Source of the DNA: Alkanindiges illinoisensis DSM 15370
Lineage (GTDB): Bacteria; Pseudomonadota; Gammaproteobacteria; Pseudomonadales; Moraxellaceae
Assembly: GCF_000619845.1 (NCBI RefSeq)
Contig: NZ_JHUX01000004.1
Location: forward strand, 355,190 to 387,189
DNA length: 32,000 nt
Direction of reading: 5' to 3'
Part shown: positions 1 to 11,032 of the stretch, one piece after another
How the letters are laid out: each line of letters opens with the position of its first letter
Position numbering within the stretch: the first letter of the stretch is position 1
The notes under the pieces: generated by a model
Told to the model about the DNA's origin: nothing
Databases searched by the model: none
Seen by the model: the letters and a program-made list of their open reading frames with translations, nothing else
Position numbers and translations under genes: made by a program

Positions 1-165
1 GTAGCGGCATGGCATTGTCTTCTGCTTTGGCCTTTTAACTGCGGATAATTTTTAGTTATCCAGCGTTACGGCATTAAAATCAGGTTTCTCACAAGCAAGT
101 TATTTTCACAATATGGTTTTAAAAACATGATCCTAAGAACCTAATTTTACAACCATGAGCATTAA

Positions 166-807
166 TCAGGGCTGTGCCACTGGTGGTGCTGATTGACCAG
201 CGGGTGTTGCTGTATCAAAACTAACTGTCGGTGCGGTGGCAATGGCAGCTTCATTATTCACTGAAAAATTGGGGCGTGGCTGCATGCCAATCACTTTGGC
301 TGTTAGCGACTGTGGCAACTGGCGTACATAGGTGTTGTAGTCCTGCACCGTCGTGATATAACGATTGCGTGCCACGGTAATGCGGTTTTCAGTGCCCTCC
401 AGTTGTGCACTTAAATCACGGAATGAGGCATCTGCTTTAAGGTTTGGATAGTTCTCAGACACCACCAGCAAACGTGACAAAGCCCCGGTTAACTGGCTTT
501 GGGCTTGCTGAAATTTCTGGAATGCAACCGGATCATTTACTAATTCAGGGGTGGCCTGAATCCCAGCCACCGATGCACGGGCACGGGTAACTTCGGTCAA
601 TACCTGCTGTTCGTGGCTGGCATAGCCTTTGACGACATTGACCAGATTGGGTACCAAGTCGGCGCGACGCTGATACTGATTCAAAACTTCAGACCAACTG
701 GCGTTTACCGCTTCATCTTTGGCCTGCAAGTTATTGTAGCCACAACCTGGCAAGCTGCTGGCCAGTACGCTTATTAGCAGTAATGCTGGTAATACCCGAC
801 GTGTCAT
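166..807 (-). CDS. lemA: LemA family protein (predicted lipoprotein)
   Basis: 213-aa ORF with ATG at 807. N-terminal signal ends in lipobox LPGC. This is followed by the characteristic LemA core (GYNNLQAKDEAVNASWSEVLNQYQRRADLVPNLVNVVKGYASHEQ ... VSENYPNLKA ... LEGTENRITVARNRY). Confidence 0.9.
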   Translation of the reverse strand: MTRRVLPALLLISVLASSLPGCGYNNLQAKDEAVNASWSEVLNQYQRRADLVPNLVNVVKGYASHEQQVLTEVTRARASVAGIQATPELVNDPVAFQKFQQAQSQLTGALSRLLVVSENYPNLKADASFRDLSAQLEGTENRITVARNRYITTVQDYNTYVRQLPQSLTAKVIGMQPRPNFSVNNEAAIATAPTVSFDTATPAGQSAPPVAQP

Positions 808-1112
808 GTGTCTAACCTGTTTTTATCAATGTATATGATTGACATCATGCGGCAACGGACAAGTTTTTCCAGATTGAAATTGTGAATATTTTTAATGGCT
901 TGTTACTGTTGGTGCTTCAAACAACTTTTAAATAGTTTAAAAAAAGCCCTGAAGTGACGATGGCAAATAACACTTATACTTAACAAGACAGCGTGGCTTT
1001 GCTAAGCGTACACTCAAGCATAGCTTTCATCTTGCGGTACGGCTAAGCGATGCTTTGCTAATCGTACCTCAGGGCGGTAGGAGAACAACAAAAACTATTT
1101 AGGGGCCAATTA

Positions 1113-2000
1113 TTAGTGGATGGTCTTGGCAACTTCCATAAAACTTGCCACCTGATATTCATTCGCCAGTCGGTTTTTCCAGTAATTCAAAATCTTGGAA
1201 TGGTCAATTTCCGAAGGGTGAAAATCCTTTTTATAGTAGGAAAAATATTCAGGGGTGAGCTGAACCAGCATTTTTGCGACCAGATACAGTCCGCGAAGAT
1301 TGCCACCAACTTTTGGCAGACTTTTCCATTTGTCCTGCCAGAATAAACGCTGGGTGGCATACAGGGTCAAACTGGCAAAACTGGTGGTTACCGCCTGCAT
1401 GACCTGACGGCGCAATTTTAGGTCACCATACAGGGCTTGATAGGTGTCAAATGCCACACTGCGATGCTCGATTTCTTCAATGGCATGCCATACCCAGAGC
1501 TTTACCGCATCATCATCCAGCGTTTCCAGCAATTCAGGATGATTTAGAATATAACCGCCTAGCAAAGCCGTGAAATGTTCAAAGGCACTGGTAATTGCAA
1601 GCTGTACTTTATAAGGCGCATTTTTCAGGCGGTGATCGTGTTTGGCCAGCCAGGCCTGAAAGCTATCCAGTTGATAGTCATCACGTCGCCAGGCCTGATT
1701 AAACTCAGTATGCGCCTTGGAATGCATGGCTTCCTGACCGATAAACGCAGCAATTTCAGCTTGTAACTGCTCATCAGTAATCCGGTCACGAACATTACGG
1801 ACACTGTGCACAAAAAACTGTTCACCAATCGGAAAGGTAGAGGATAACGCGGTCAGCAGATGCGACATAACCGGTGAATTGGCAAAAAAATGACGCTTGA
1901 TGAGCTGAGGATTAAAATCCAGACGGCGCACTGTAATGCCATTGGCTTTACGGCGATTTAAATACTTCTTATCTGATATTGTATTGGCCACAGCAGTCAT
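1113..2000 (-). CDS. Predicted metal-dependent hydrolase (COG3687 / PF10118-like)
   Basis: Helical protein with two His/Glu metal-ligand-like motifs (FIGQEAMHSKAHTEF and WHAIEEIEHRSVAFD), typical of this family. I place the start at the ATG at 2000 (MTAVANT...), which is preceded by GAGGA 7 nt upstream. The ORF-track start at 2045 has no RBS. Confidence 0.75.
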   Translation of the reverse strand: MTAVANTISDKKYLNRRKANGITVRRLDFNPQLIKRHFFANSPVMSHLLTALSSTFPIGEQFFVHSVRNVRDRITDEQLQAEIAAFIGQEAMHSKAHTEFNQAWRRDDYQLDSFQAWLAKHDHRLKNAPYKVQLAITSAFEHFTALLGGYILNHPELLETLDDDAVKLWVWHAIEEIEHRSVAFDTYQALYGDLKLRRQVMQAVTTSFASLTLYATQRLFWQDKWKSLPKVGGNLRGLYLVAKMLVQLTPEYFSYYKKDFHPSEIDHSKILNYWKNRLANEYQVASFMEVAKTIH

Positions 2001-2125
2001 GGCGAGTTCCTCATACCATCTCAAGTTGACATACAGTATTGTCATATTTGATGAGTGAGGCTATGGCATGAATGTTCAGCCAGTGACGAAAGTGCTCAAA
2101 CTTTATTCTTAATTTGTAAGTAAAC

Positions 2126-2155
2126 CCTTGCCCGTCTTAGATCATCCGGGCAAGG
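2126..2155. terminator. GC-rich hairpin 20 nt downstream of the TonB-receptor stop
   Basis: Perfect 9-bp stem CCTTGCCCG (2126-2134) / CGGGCAAGG (2147-2155) with a 12-nt loop. The minus-strand transcript continues GUUUACUU. The plus strand continues CATTTTTTAAA, so the better U-tract lies on the strand that has no upstream gene. Confidence 0.6.
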
Positions 2156-2174
2156 CATTTTTTAAATAAACGGC

Positions 2175-4349
2175 TTAATACTTAAATTTTAACGCGACTG
2201 TGTAGTTAGCTGGTGCGCCATAATAGGCTTGACCATCCGTAAAACTATTTAAATATTTTTTGTTACCCAAATTATAGCCATTGACCTGTACACTCATCTG
2301 GTCATTCACCGCATAGTTTGCCATTAGGCCAAGCAGCGCATAGCTTTCCTGACGGATATAGGCATCATAAGCGTTGTCATACCGATAGATTTTATCCTGC
2401 CATTGCAGACTACCGCCCACTTTAAGTGCGGGTAATTGAGGCATTGTATAGGTGGTGGTTAAATTGACTGTACGCGATGGATTATAAGTCCGGGCATCAC
2501 CGCCATTTTTTAAGTCGGTTAAATTAAACTGTGCAAAGCCAAAAGATACGTCCGTGTTGTCATTGAGCTTGCCAGCCAGGCCTACTTCTACGCCCTGTGA
2601 ACGCAAGTCGCTAACCAGCACTTTATGATTTAAGGGATTCCCGTCGGAAGAACGTAAGGGATAATTGCTTTCTTCAGTTCTAAAAATGGCCAGCGTTCCC
2701 GTGAGTCTGTTATCAAGCCATGCGCTCTTGATCCCTGCTTCGTAGCTATCACCTTCAATTGGTTTTGCTACCTGGCCTGTGGCAGCATCCAGGGTAGTTT
2801 GTGGCCGGAAAATCGAGGTATAGCTCAGGTAACCAGTATATTCAGGGCTAAAGTTGTAGGTTAAGCCGGTGTAAGGCGCTACCTTGCTTTCATCAAAGTT
2901 CATCGGTGAGCCATAACTCATCCCTTTACTTTTGGCTTCAACATAATTGGCGCCCAGTGTGAACTTTAAATCATTGTTAAGATGCAAGCGGGTAGCGGCA
3001 TACCATGAATTGATATTCTGGGTATAGTAGGAAGCATCGGTAAAATCTGACCAGCTGACTGATGTTGGCGTCCAGCTTTCCCAGTTAGTCGTGAACTGGG
3101 TTACACCATAAACATCGGTGATGTTGTTGATATTACTGTCATTGATAATCCCGTTGGTTTCTCTATCCTTTTGATGGTTTTGCGAATAGCTATAACCAAA
3201 AATGGCATCGTGCTGTTGTTCCAGCAGATTAAATACACCCTGTACATTCAGGTCAGTATTCCGCTTGGTATTGTGCTCTTGCCCGCCCCATGCTGTTAGG
3301 GAAATGCCTGAGCCATCGGCCTGCGGATAGCCATAGTAATACAGCAAGCGGCTATCACGGTCTTTTTGCGCATAGTTATAATTCAGGTTAACTGTCCAGT
3401 CCTGACCAAGCTTTTGCTTGAGTTCAATAAAGCCATTTTGTGAAACATTATTCCAGTAGGCCCAGTCTGGCACAGGGTTATAGGAACGCTGGTAGGAAAT
3501 CTGCTGGCCTTGCGCATCCAGTAAAGGCAATGCGCCCCAGTTATTGGCATTGGGCAGGTTCTTTTCATAACTATACCCCGCTGTTAATAAGGTGCTGTCG
3601 GTGAGATCGGCCTCAATGATACCAGCCAGTCCATTTTTTTCCTGAGAGTATTTATCCAGATAGGAATTACCCATTTGTTCATAGCCCATCAGGCGGCCAC
3701 GCACACGCTCATCAGGTGTTAATGCCCCCGATACATCAGCCTCATAGCGTTGGGTATCCCATGAGCCATAGCTAATCCCTGCATTGGCATTCAAATTTTT
3801 GGTCGGACGCTTACGGATATAATTAATCGTAGCACTGGGATCACCAAAACCATTGGTCAATGCATCTGCACCCTTGACCACTTCAATACGGTCATAAAAA
3901 AAGCTATCCGGGTTGGTGTCATTGTAATTATATGAATCGCTGGGAAAGCCTACCCCATCTACCAGAATATTGGAAATTTCAAAACCACGTGCCAAATATG
4001 TGGTGCGTTCAGTTTCCTGATTACTCACTGTCACACCGGGTGTATTGGCCAGCACATCACGTGTTGAGTTAAGGCCAAAATCATCCATTTGCTGACGGGT
4101 CACCACATTAATGGTTTGCGGCGTTTCCTGCGCACTGAGATTTAGTCTGGTGGCACTGGAACTTTGTTTTACCGTATAGGCTTTGCTGCTTTCAGATGAG
4201 CCTTCCTCTGCAGTTGCCGTAACCTGAATGGTTTGCAGCTGGTTTTCTGTTTCTCCATCCTGTGATAAAGCAGCATGTGCCTGCGCAACCAAGGCCAGCG
4301 CCAGTGGCAAGGCTGCCAACCGGCAAGGAACTGTAAAATGATGAACCAC
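2175..4349 (-). CDS. TonB-dependent siderophore receptor, FhuE (coprogen/rhodotorulic acid)-like
   Basis: 724-aa ORF with a GTG start at 4349 and GGGG 7 nt upstream. Signal peptide ends ...AQAHA|A. TonB box-like LQTIQVTA at residues 38-45. Plug-domain motifs are present (TPQTINVVTRQQMDD, YLARGFEISNILVDGVG, IEVVKGADAL). Long beta-barrel ends in the aromatic terminus ALKFKY. There is no N-terminal signalling extension. Confidence 0.92.
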   Translation of the reverse strand: MVHHFTVPCRLAALPLALALVAQAHAALSQDGETENQLQTIQVTATAEEGSSESSKAYTVKQSSSATRLNLSAQETPQTINVVTRQQMDDFGLNSTRDVLANTPGVTVSNQETERTTYLARGFEISNILVDGVGFPSDSYNYNDTNPDSFFYDRIEVVKGADALTNGFGDPSATINYIRKRPTKNLNANAGISYGSWDTQRYEADVSGALTPDERVRGRLMGYEQMGNSYLDKYSQEKNGLAGIIEADLTDSTLLTAGYSYEKNLPNANNWGALPLLDAQGQQISYQRSYNPVPDWAYWNNVSQNGFIELKQKLGQDWTVNLNYNYAQKDRDSRLLYYYGYPQADGSGISLTAWGGQEHNTKRNTDLNVQGVFNLLEQQHDAIFGYSYSQNHQKDRETNGIINDSNINNITDVYGVTQFTTNWESWTPTSVSWSDFTDASYYTQNINSWYAATRLHLNNDLKFTLGANYVEAKSKGMSYGSPMNFDESKVAPYTGLTYNFSPEYTGYLSYTSIFRPQTTLDAATGQVAKPIEGDSYEAGIKSAWLDNRLTGTLAIFRTEESNYPLRSSDGNPLNHKVLVSDLRSQGVEVGLAGKLNDNTDVSFGFAQFNLTDLKNGGDARTYNPSRTVNLTTTYTMPQLPALKVGGSLQWQDKIYRYDNAYDAYIRQESYALLGLMANYAVNDQMSVQVNGYNLGNKKYLNSFTDGQAYYGAPANYTVALKFKY

Positions 4350-4382
4350 GATAAACCCCAGCTAAAATTTAGAAACAATAAC

Positions 4383-4401
4383 AATAATGATTTTCATTTG
4401 T
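4383..4401 (-). promoter_or_regulatory. Fur box
   Basis: The minus strand reads ACAAATGAAAATCATTATT. This matches the 19-bp Fur consensus GATAATGATAATCATTATC at 14/19 positions. It lies immediately downstream of the -10 hexamer of the receptor promoter. Confidence 0.75.
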
Positions 4402-4402
4402 A

Positions 4403-4431
4403 ATTTTAGTTAACTGAGCTATAGATGACAA
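4403..4431 (-). promoter_or_regulatory. Sigma-70 promoter of the TonB-dependent receptor
   Basis: The minus strand reads TTGTCA (4431-4426), a 17-nt spacer, then TAAAAT (4408-4403). It sits about 55 nt upstream of the GTG start and overlaps or abuts the Fur box. Confidence 0.7.
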
Positions 4432-4474
4432 GTGCTATTTAAGAAATGCTTAAGTTTTCATAATCAGAGAAAAT

Positions 4475-4517
4475 AAAAATAATAAAAAAGCAGCTTAACC
4501 AATTGATTAAGCTGCTT
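4475..4517 (-). terminator. Rho-independent terminator of gltD
   Basis: 11-bp perfect stem AAGCAGCTTAA (4488-4498) / TTAAGCTGCTT (4507-4517) with an 8-nt loop. It begins 45 nt downstream of the gltD stop. On the minus strand it is followed by TTTTTTATTATTTTTATTTT. Confidence 0.85.
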
Positions 4518-4561
4518 TTAAAACACAGGGATGAGAGTTTAAATACTCAGTCCTAGAGCTG

Positions 4562-6001
<1,440 letters not shown>

Positions 6002-6064
6002 TCAGTGCTGTCGCTCTATTAAAAACAGGCGGCAGCACTTGCCTGGTGCGAAAGTGAAAAAGAC

Positions 6065-9000
6065 TTATTGAGGATCGGCCTTGGTGGTTTTCAGCAGGCT
6101 ATTGAGGCTTGCTGCTTTTGGCTTCACCAACCAGAACTTGCGGCTGTAGGAATCAAACTCATCAATGATGGTTTGTCCCCAGGCACTGCCTGTTTCACGC
6201 ACATGATCTTGCAGGATTTCCATCAGGTGATGGCGATAATCTTCCATCGGCTCAGTAGAAATACGGTTCAGGTCAATCAGTTCATGGTTGCAGTAATCGA
6301 AGAAATCACCGTCCAGATCCAGCACATAGGCAAAACCGCCGGTCATGCCCGCACCAAAGTTATGGCCTACCCGGCCCAGCACGGTCACAATACCACCGGT
6401 CATGTATTCACAGCAGTGGTCGCCAGCACCTTCAATCACAGCAAAACTGCCTGAGTTACGCACGGCAAAGCGCTCACCCGCAGTACCTGCTGCAAATAGC
6501 TTACCGCCAGTCGCACCATATAGACAGGTATTACCAATAATGGCTGTTTCCTGCGTTTTAAATGGTGAACCTTTTGGCGGGAAAATGGCAACCTGACCAC
6601 CGGCCATGCCCTTGCCAACATAATCGTTGGCATCACCTTCCAGACGGATATGCAAACCACCAGCATTCCACACGCCCAGTGACTGGCCAGCAGTTCCGGT
6701 TAAGTGAACCACAACGGGCGCTATTTCCATGCCAAGGTTGCCATAACGCTTGGCAATTTCACCGGAAACGCGTGCACCAATGGAACGGTCACAGTTACCC
6801 ACGATAAACTCAAAGCTACCGCCTTCACCAGCTTCAATCGCAGGCAACATTACCTCAACCATGCGCTCAGCCAGCAAACCTTTGTCAAATGGCTCATTTT
6901 TTACCACTTCACAATAGTTGGATTTGCCTTCCGCCGATGCATGGGAAGTCAGCAGGGCGCTTAAATCCAGATTGGCATGCTTGTCGGTTTCACCCGGCAG
7001 CACTTCCAGCAAATCAGTGCGGCCAATCAGGTCACGCAGAGAGCTTACACCCAGGGCTGCCAGCCATTCACGGGTTTCTTCAGCAATAAAGCGGAAGAAA
7101 TTGATCAGCATTTCCGGCTCACCAATATAATGCTCTTCGCGCAGGTGATCCTGCTGGGTAGCCACACCAGTTGCACAGTTATTCAAGTGACAGATGCGCA
7201 GGTATTTACAGCCCAGCGCAATCATTGGGGTGGAACCAAAGCCAAAGCTTTCAGCACCCAAAATGGCTGCTTTTACCACGTCCAGGCCAGTTTTCAGGCC
7301 ACCATCGGTTTGCACCCGAACCTTGCCACGCAGGTCATTCACGCGTAGCGCCTGATGCGCTTCACTTAAACCCAGCTCCCACGGAGAACCGGCATAATGA
7401 ATGGAACTTAATGGCGATGCGGCTGTACCACCGTCATAACCGGAAATGGTAATGAAGTCGGCATAGGCTTTGGCAACACCCGCTGCAATCGTACCGACAC
7501 CCGGCTCAGACACCAGCTTTACTGAAACCATTGCTTGTGGATTGACCTGTTTTAAGTCAAAAATTAGCTGTGACAAGTCTTCAATGGAATAAATGTCATG
7601 GTGCGGTGGTGGGGAAATCAGCGTGACGCCCGGTACAGAATACCGCAGGCGTGCAATCAGACCGTTAACTTTACCACCTGGCAACTGCCCGCCTTCACCC
7701 GGTTTAGCACCTTGCGCTACCTTAATTTGCAAAACTTCTGCAGAACACAGATAAGCCGGCGTTACACCAAAACGGCCAGACGCAATTTGCTTGATTTTGG
7801 AGTTACGAATTGTGCCATAGCGCGCTGGATCTTCACCGCCTTCACCTGAGTTGGAGCGACCACCAATGGTGTTCATGGCAATGGCAATAGATTCATGCGC
7901 TTCCGGCGACAAGGCACCCAGTGACATACCCGCAGAATCAAAGCGTGGCAGAATGTCTTCAATGCTTTCAACCTGCTCCAGTGCAATGCTGTTATCAGTT
8001 TTCAGCTTGAACAGGTCACGAATTGTCGCAATCGGGCGATGATTCACTAAGTTGGCATATTCACGGAAATCGTCATAGCTGCCAGAACGCACGGCTTTGT
8101 GCAGCGTTGCAATCACATCCGGATTAAAGGCATGATACTCTTTGTTGTAAACAAACTTGAGTAAACCGCCCTGATCCAGTGGCTTGCGTGCTTGCCACGC
8201 CAGAGCCGCCAGTTTTTTCTGGTCATTTTCCAGATCAGTAAAGCTGGCACCAGCAATACGGCTAGGCACGCCCTTAAAGCACAGCTCCACCACGTCTTTA
8301 GACAAACCAATCGCTTCAAACAACTGGCCGCCACGGTAAGAAGCAACCGTTGAAATCCCCATTTTGGACAGGACTTTCAGCAAGCCCTTTTCAATGCCCT
8401 TACGGAAATTAGCCTGCGCATATACTGGATCACCCAGCAGTTCGCCTTTATCAACCAGCTCATTGATCACGTCATAAGCCAGATATGGATAAATTGCTGT
8501 GGCACCAAAGCCCAGTAGTACGGCAAAGTGATGTGGATCACGTGCCAGACCGGTTTCTACAATAATATTGGCATCAGCACGCAGCCCTACTTCGGACAAG
8601 TAGTGATGCACCGCACCAGTGGCCATAATGGCATTGGCAGGCAGGTAGCCTTCACGAATATTTTTATCAGATAACACCAGCATGCAGTTACCAGTTGCAA
8701 TGGCAGCAGCAGCTTCCTTACAAATGCGCTGTAACGCGGCTTGCAGACCTTCGCTCTCAAGATAGTTCAGGTCAACTACATTCATGCCATAGCCGGGACG
8801 ATCCAGCTCACGCAACTGGTGCATTTTGCTGTTAGACAGTACCGGACTGGAGATAATCACACGGTCAGCATGGTCTGCGCTTTGCTCAAACACATTTTGC
8901 TCATGACCAAAACAGGTTTCCAGCGACATCACAATCGCTTCACGCAATGGATCAATGGGTGGGTTTGTTACCTGCGCAAACTGCTGACGGAAATAATCGG

Positions 9001-10567
9001 CCAGATGACGTACCTGACGTGATAGCACCGCCATAGGCGTATCATCACCCATGGAACCAACCGCTTCCTGCCCACTTTCAGCCAGCGGACGGATAATCTG
9101 GTCACGCTCTTCAAACGATACCAGGAACATTTTTTGTGCAGCTTTCAGACTATCGCCATATAAGCCAGTAGACAGCAACTGCTCTTCCAGCTCGTTATCT
9201 ACCTGCAGGTTCAAGGCACGCTCACGCAACCATTTGCGGTAAGGGCGCATTCCTTTCAAATGGTTATTAATAGCGGCAGTATCCAGCACTTCACCTGTCA
9301 GGGTGTCTACTACCAGCATCTGGCCAGGGCCAACACGGCCTTTGGAAACCACATCTTCCGGCTTATAATTCCAGACTCCAATTTCCGAGGCCAGTGTGAT
9401 ATAGCCATTTTTGGTAATCACCCAGCGTGCAGGACGCAAACCATTACGGTCCAGCATACAAATAGCGTGACGGCCATTTTGAATCACCAGACCCGCAGGA
9501 CCATCCCAGGCTTCCATATGCTTGGAATTAAACTCGTAAAATGCACGCAGGTCAGAATCGAGGGTTTCCACATTTTGCCAGGCCGGTGGAACCAGCATGC
9601 GCAATGCACGGAACAAATCCATGCCGCCGCCGACCAGAATTTCCAGCATGTTATCCAGACTGGATGAGTCAGAACCAGTGCGGTTAACCAGTGGTTTTAA
9701 ATCTAGCAAACCCGGCAATAAGGGATTTTCAAATTTTGGTGTACGCGCAACCGACCAGTTACGGTTGGCGGTAATGGTATTGATTTCACCATTGTGCGCC
9801 AGATAACGGAATGGCTGGGCCAGGGGCCAGCGCGGTAAGGTATTGGTTGAAAAACGCTGGTGGAATACCACAATATGCGATGCCAAACGCTCATCCGCCA
9901 GATCCGTGTAAAAATCAGCAATAGCGGCTGGCATCATCAGGCCTTTATAGCTGATAACGGTACTGGCCAGCGTGGTCACATAAAACAGCGAGTCATTTTG
10001 TAGCTTGTGTTCGGCACGACGGCGCGCCAAAAACAGCTTACGGTTAAAATCAGCTTCAGGCAGATTTTCAGGGTTATTGACAATAATCTGCTCAAAGGCA
10101 GGCAGGGAACGTAATGCAATTTCACCCAGAATACTGACATCAACGGGCACTTTACGCCATGTGGCCACTGCAAGGCCTTCTGTCTCGATTTCTGCATTTA
10201 ATACGTCACGGGAATACTGCGCCAGTGCTGGATCAATATTCAGGAAAATGGTACCAACCGCGAAAATGTCGGTCAGGCTCACCCCAAGCTTTTGGGCTTC
10301 ATCACGAAAAAATGCCTTGGGCATTGCCAGCAGTAAGCCACAGCCGTCGCCCGTCTTGCCGTCAGCAGCAATACCGCCGCGATGCGTCATGCAACTCAGG
10401 CTATGAATGGCTGTTTGAACCAAATGGTGACTCGCCTCACCCTGCATCTGGGCAATCAGGCCAAAGCCGCAGTTATCGCGGAACTCATCTGGCTGATATA
10501 AACCCTGTGCGGATTGAGTGGGAGCTACATGATTGGGAGCTAAAGTATTAAGCGATGGCATTTGCAT
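6065..10567 (-). CDS. gltB: Glutamate synthase (NADPH) large subunit
   Basis: 1500 aa. A propeptide is followed by the Ntn-amidotransferase catalytic Cys in [11 protein letters not shown]. Central, FMN-binding and C-terminal GXGXG-type domains are all readable. The start is ATG at 10567 (or the second ATG 6 nt downstream), preceded by AAGGG. Confidence 0.98.
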   Translation of the reverse strand: MQMPSLNTLAPNHVAPTQSAQGLYQPDEFRDNCGFGLIAQMQGEASHHLVQTAIHSLSCMTHRGGIAADGKTGDGCGLLLAMPKAFFRDEAQKLGVSLTDIFAVGTIFLNIDPALAQYSRDVLNAEIETEGLAVATWRKVPVDVSILGEIALRSLPAFEQIIVNNPENLPEADFNRKLFLARRRAEHKLQNDSLFYVTTLASTVISYKGLMMPAAIADFYTDLADERLASHIVVFHQRFSTNTLPRWPLAQPFRYLAHNGEINTITANRNWSVARTPKFENPLLPGLLDLKPLVNRTGSDSSSLDNMLEILVGGGMDLFRALRMLVPPAWQNVETLDSDLRAFYEFNSKHMEAWDGPAGLVIQNGRHAICMLDRNGLRPARWVITKNGYITLASEIGVWNYKPEDVVSKGRVGPGQMLVVDTLTGEVLDTAAINNHLKGMRPYRKWLRERALNLQVDNELEEQLLSTGLYGDSLKAAQKMFLVSFEERDQIIRPLAESGQEAVGSMGDDTPMAVLSRQVRHLADYFRQQFAQVTNPPIDPLREAIVMSLETCFGHEQNVFEQSADHADRVIISSPVLSNSKMHQLRELDRPGYGMNVVDLNYLESEGLQAALQRICKEAAAAIATGNCMLVLSDKNIREGYLPANAIMATGAVHHYLSEVGLRADANIIVETGLARDPHHFAVLLGFGATAIYPYLAYDVINELVDKGELLGDPVYAQANFRKGIEKGLLKVLSKMGISTVASYRGGQLFEAIGLSKDVVELCFKGVPSRIAGASFTDLENDQKKLAALAWQARKPLDQGGLLKFVYNKEYHAFNPDVIATLHKAVRSGSYDDFREYANLVNHRPIATIRDLFKLKTDNSIALEQVESIEDILPRFDSAGMSLGALSPEAHESIAIAMNTIGGRSNSGEGGEDPARYGTIRNSKIKQIASGRFGVTPAYLCSAEVLQIKVAQGAKPGEGGQLPGGKVNGLIARLRYSVPGVTLISPPPHHDIYSIEDLSQLIFDLKQVNPQAMVSVKLVSEPGVGTIAAGVAKAYADFITISGYDGGTAASPLSSIHYAGSPWELGLSEAHQALRVNDLRGKVRVQTDGGLKTGLDVVKAAILGAESFGFGSTPMIALGCKYLRICHLNNCATGVATQQDHLREEHYIGEPEMLINFFRFIAEETREWLAALGVSSLRDLIGRTDLLEVLPGETDKHANLDLSALLTSHASAEGKSNYCEVVKNEPFDKGLLAERMVEVMLPAIEAGEGGSFEFIVGNCDRSIGARVSGEIAKRYGNLGMEIAPVVVHLTGTAGQSLGVWNAGGLHIRLEGDANDYVGKGMAGGQVAIFPPKGSPFKTQETAIIGNTCLYGATGGKLFAAGTAGERFAVRNSGSFAVIEGAGDHCCEYMTGGIVTVLGRVGHNFGAGMTGGFAYVLDLDGDFFDYCNHELIDLNRISTEPMEDYRHHLMEILQDHVRETGSAWGQTIIDEFDSYSRKFWLVKPKAASLNSLLKTTKADPQ

Positions 10568-10987
10568 AGCGTACCCTTGTCTTGGTATTGTCCAACCAGA
10601 CCCTTACGTCTGGCAGAAAAAAATAGAGCAAAAAAATCATCGTTGACTTGATGCCCGTGAACCACCTGTTCGACCCAAATATGCTGTCAGCGCCAAGCAT
10701 GCAATTCGCAATAATGTGCAGGCAACACGGCCCAGGGTCAAATAAGCACAACCCTTATAGGCTGGTGTAAACAAAAAACGGCGGTGTATTTTACAGACAA
10801 AACATAAATAAATAAACCAATATTGCACAACAAGAAACAACATAAAATTGAAAATTAGTCGTGCTATAAACAGTTAAAGCAAATTTTAGACCATTTTTAA
10901 GGCAATACCTTCATATCTTAATGATTAATAGTATCTTTATTTCATGATTTTAAAGGAAATTTGCATAATTTTAATTATTTTAAAGTA

Positions 10988-11018
10988 CTGCAATATTTTT
11001 TGCGGCAAAATATTGCAG
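10988..11018 (-). terminator. Hairpin terminator after the SPOR-protein gene (end of the pil-aro unit)
   Basis: Perfect 12-bp stem CTGCAATATTTT (10988-10999) / AAAATATTGCAG (11007-11018) with a 7-nt loop. It begins 15 nt downstream of the stop at 11033. AT/U-rich sequence follows on the minus strand. Confidence 0.65.
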
Positions 11019-11032
11019 AGTACGATTAATCT

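Noticed and set aside
1-165. Possible gene ends or starts at the left edge (plus-strand frames terminating at 38 or 48; minus-strand ATG at 10)
   Set aside because: Only 3-16 codons are visible, which is not enough to support any call.
2001-2045. N-terminal extension of the hydrolase ORF (and the analogous extensions 15867-15899 for pilQ and 11933-11971 for the SPOR protein)
   Set aside because: In each case the downstream in-frame ATG has a good Shine-Dalgarno sequence or a tidy stop/start coupling. The longer form lacks an RBS or overlaps the upstream gene substantially. The true starts remain unverified.
6068-10551. About 25 plus- and minus-strand ORFs (60-135 aa) inside gltB
   Set aside because: These are shadow or off-frame ORFs within a 4.5-kb gene whose own frame gives a full-length, motif-complete GltB. 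None has independent support.
10548-10843. Two minus-strand ORFs (67 and 68 aa) in the gltB upstream region
   Set aside because: They overlap each other in different frames, and one overlaps the gltB start. They have no Shine-Dalgarno sequence and their composition is Cys/Leu/Arg-rich and junk-like. The region is more plausibly the gltB leader/promoter.
10930-11025. 30-codon plus-strand ORF ([30 protein letters not shown]) in the AT-rich spacer
   Set aside because: It has no RBS, runs straight through the terminator hairpin, and is the kind of ORF expected by chance in AT-rich DNA.
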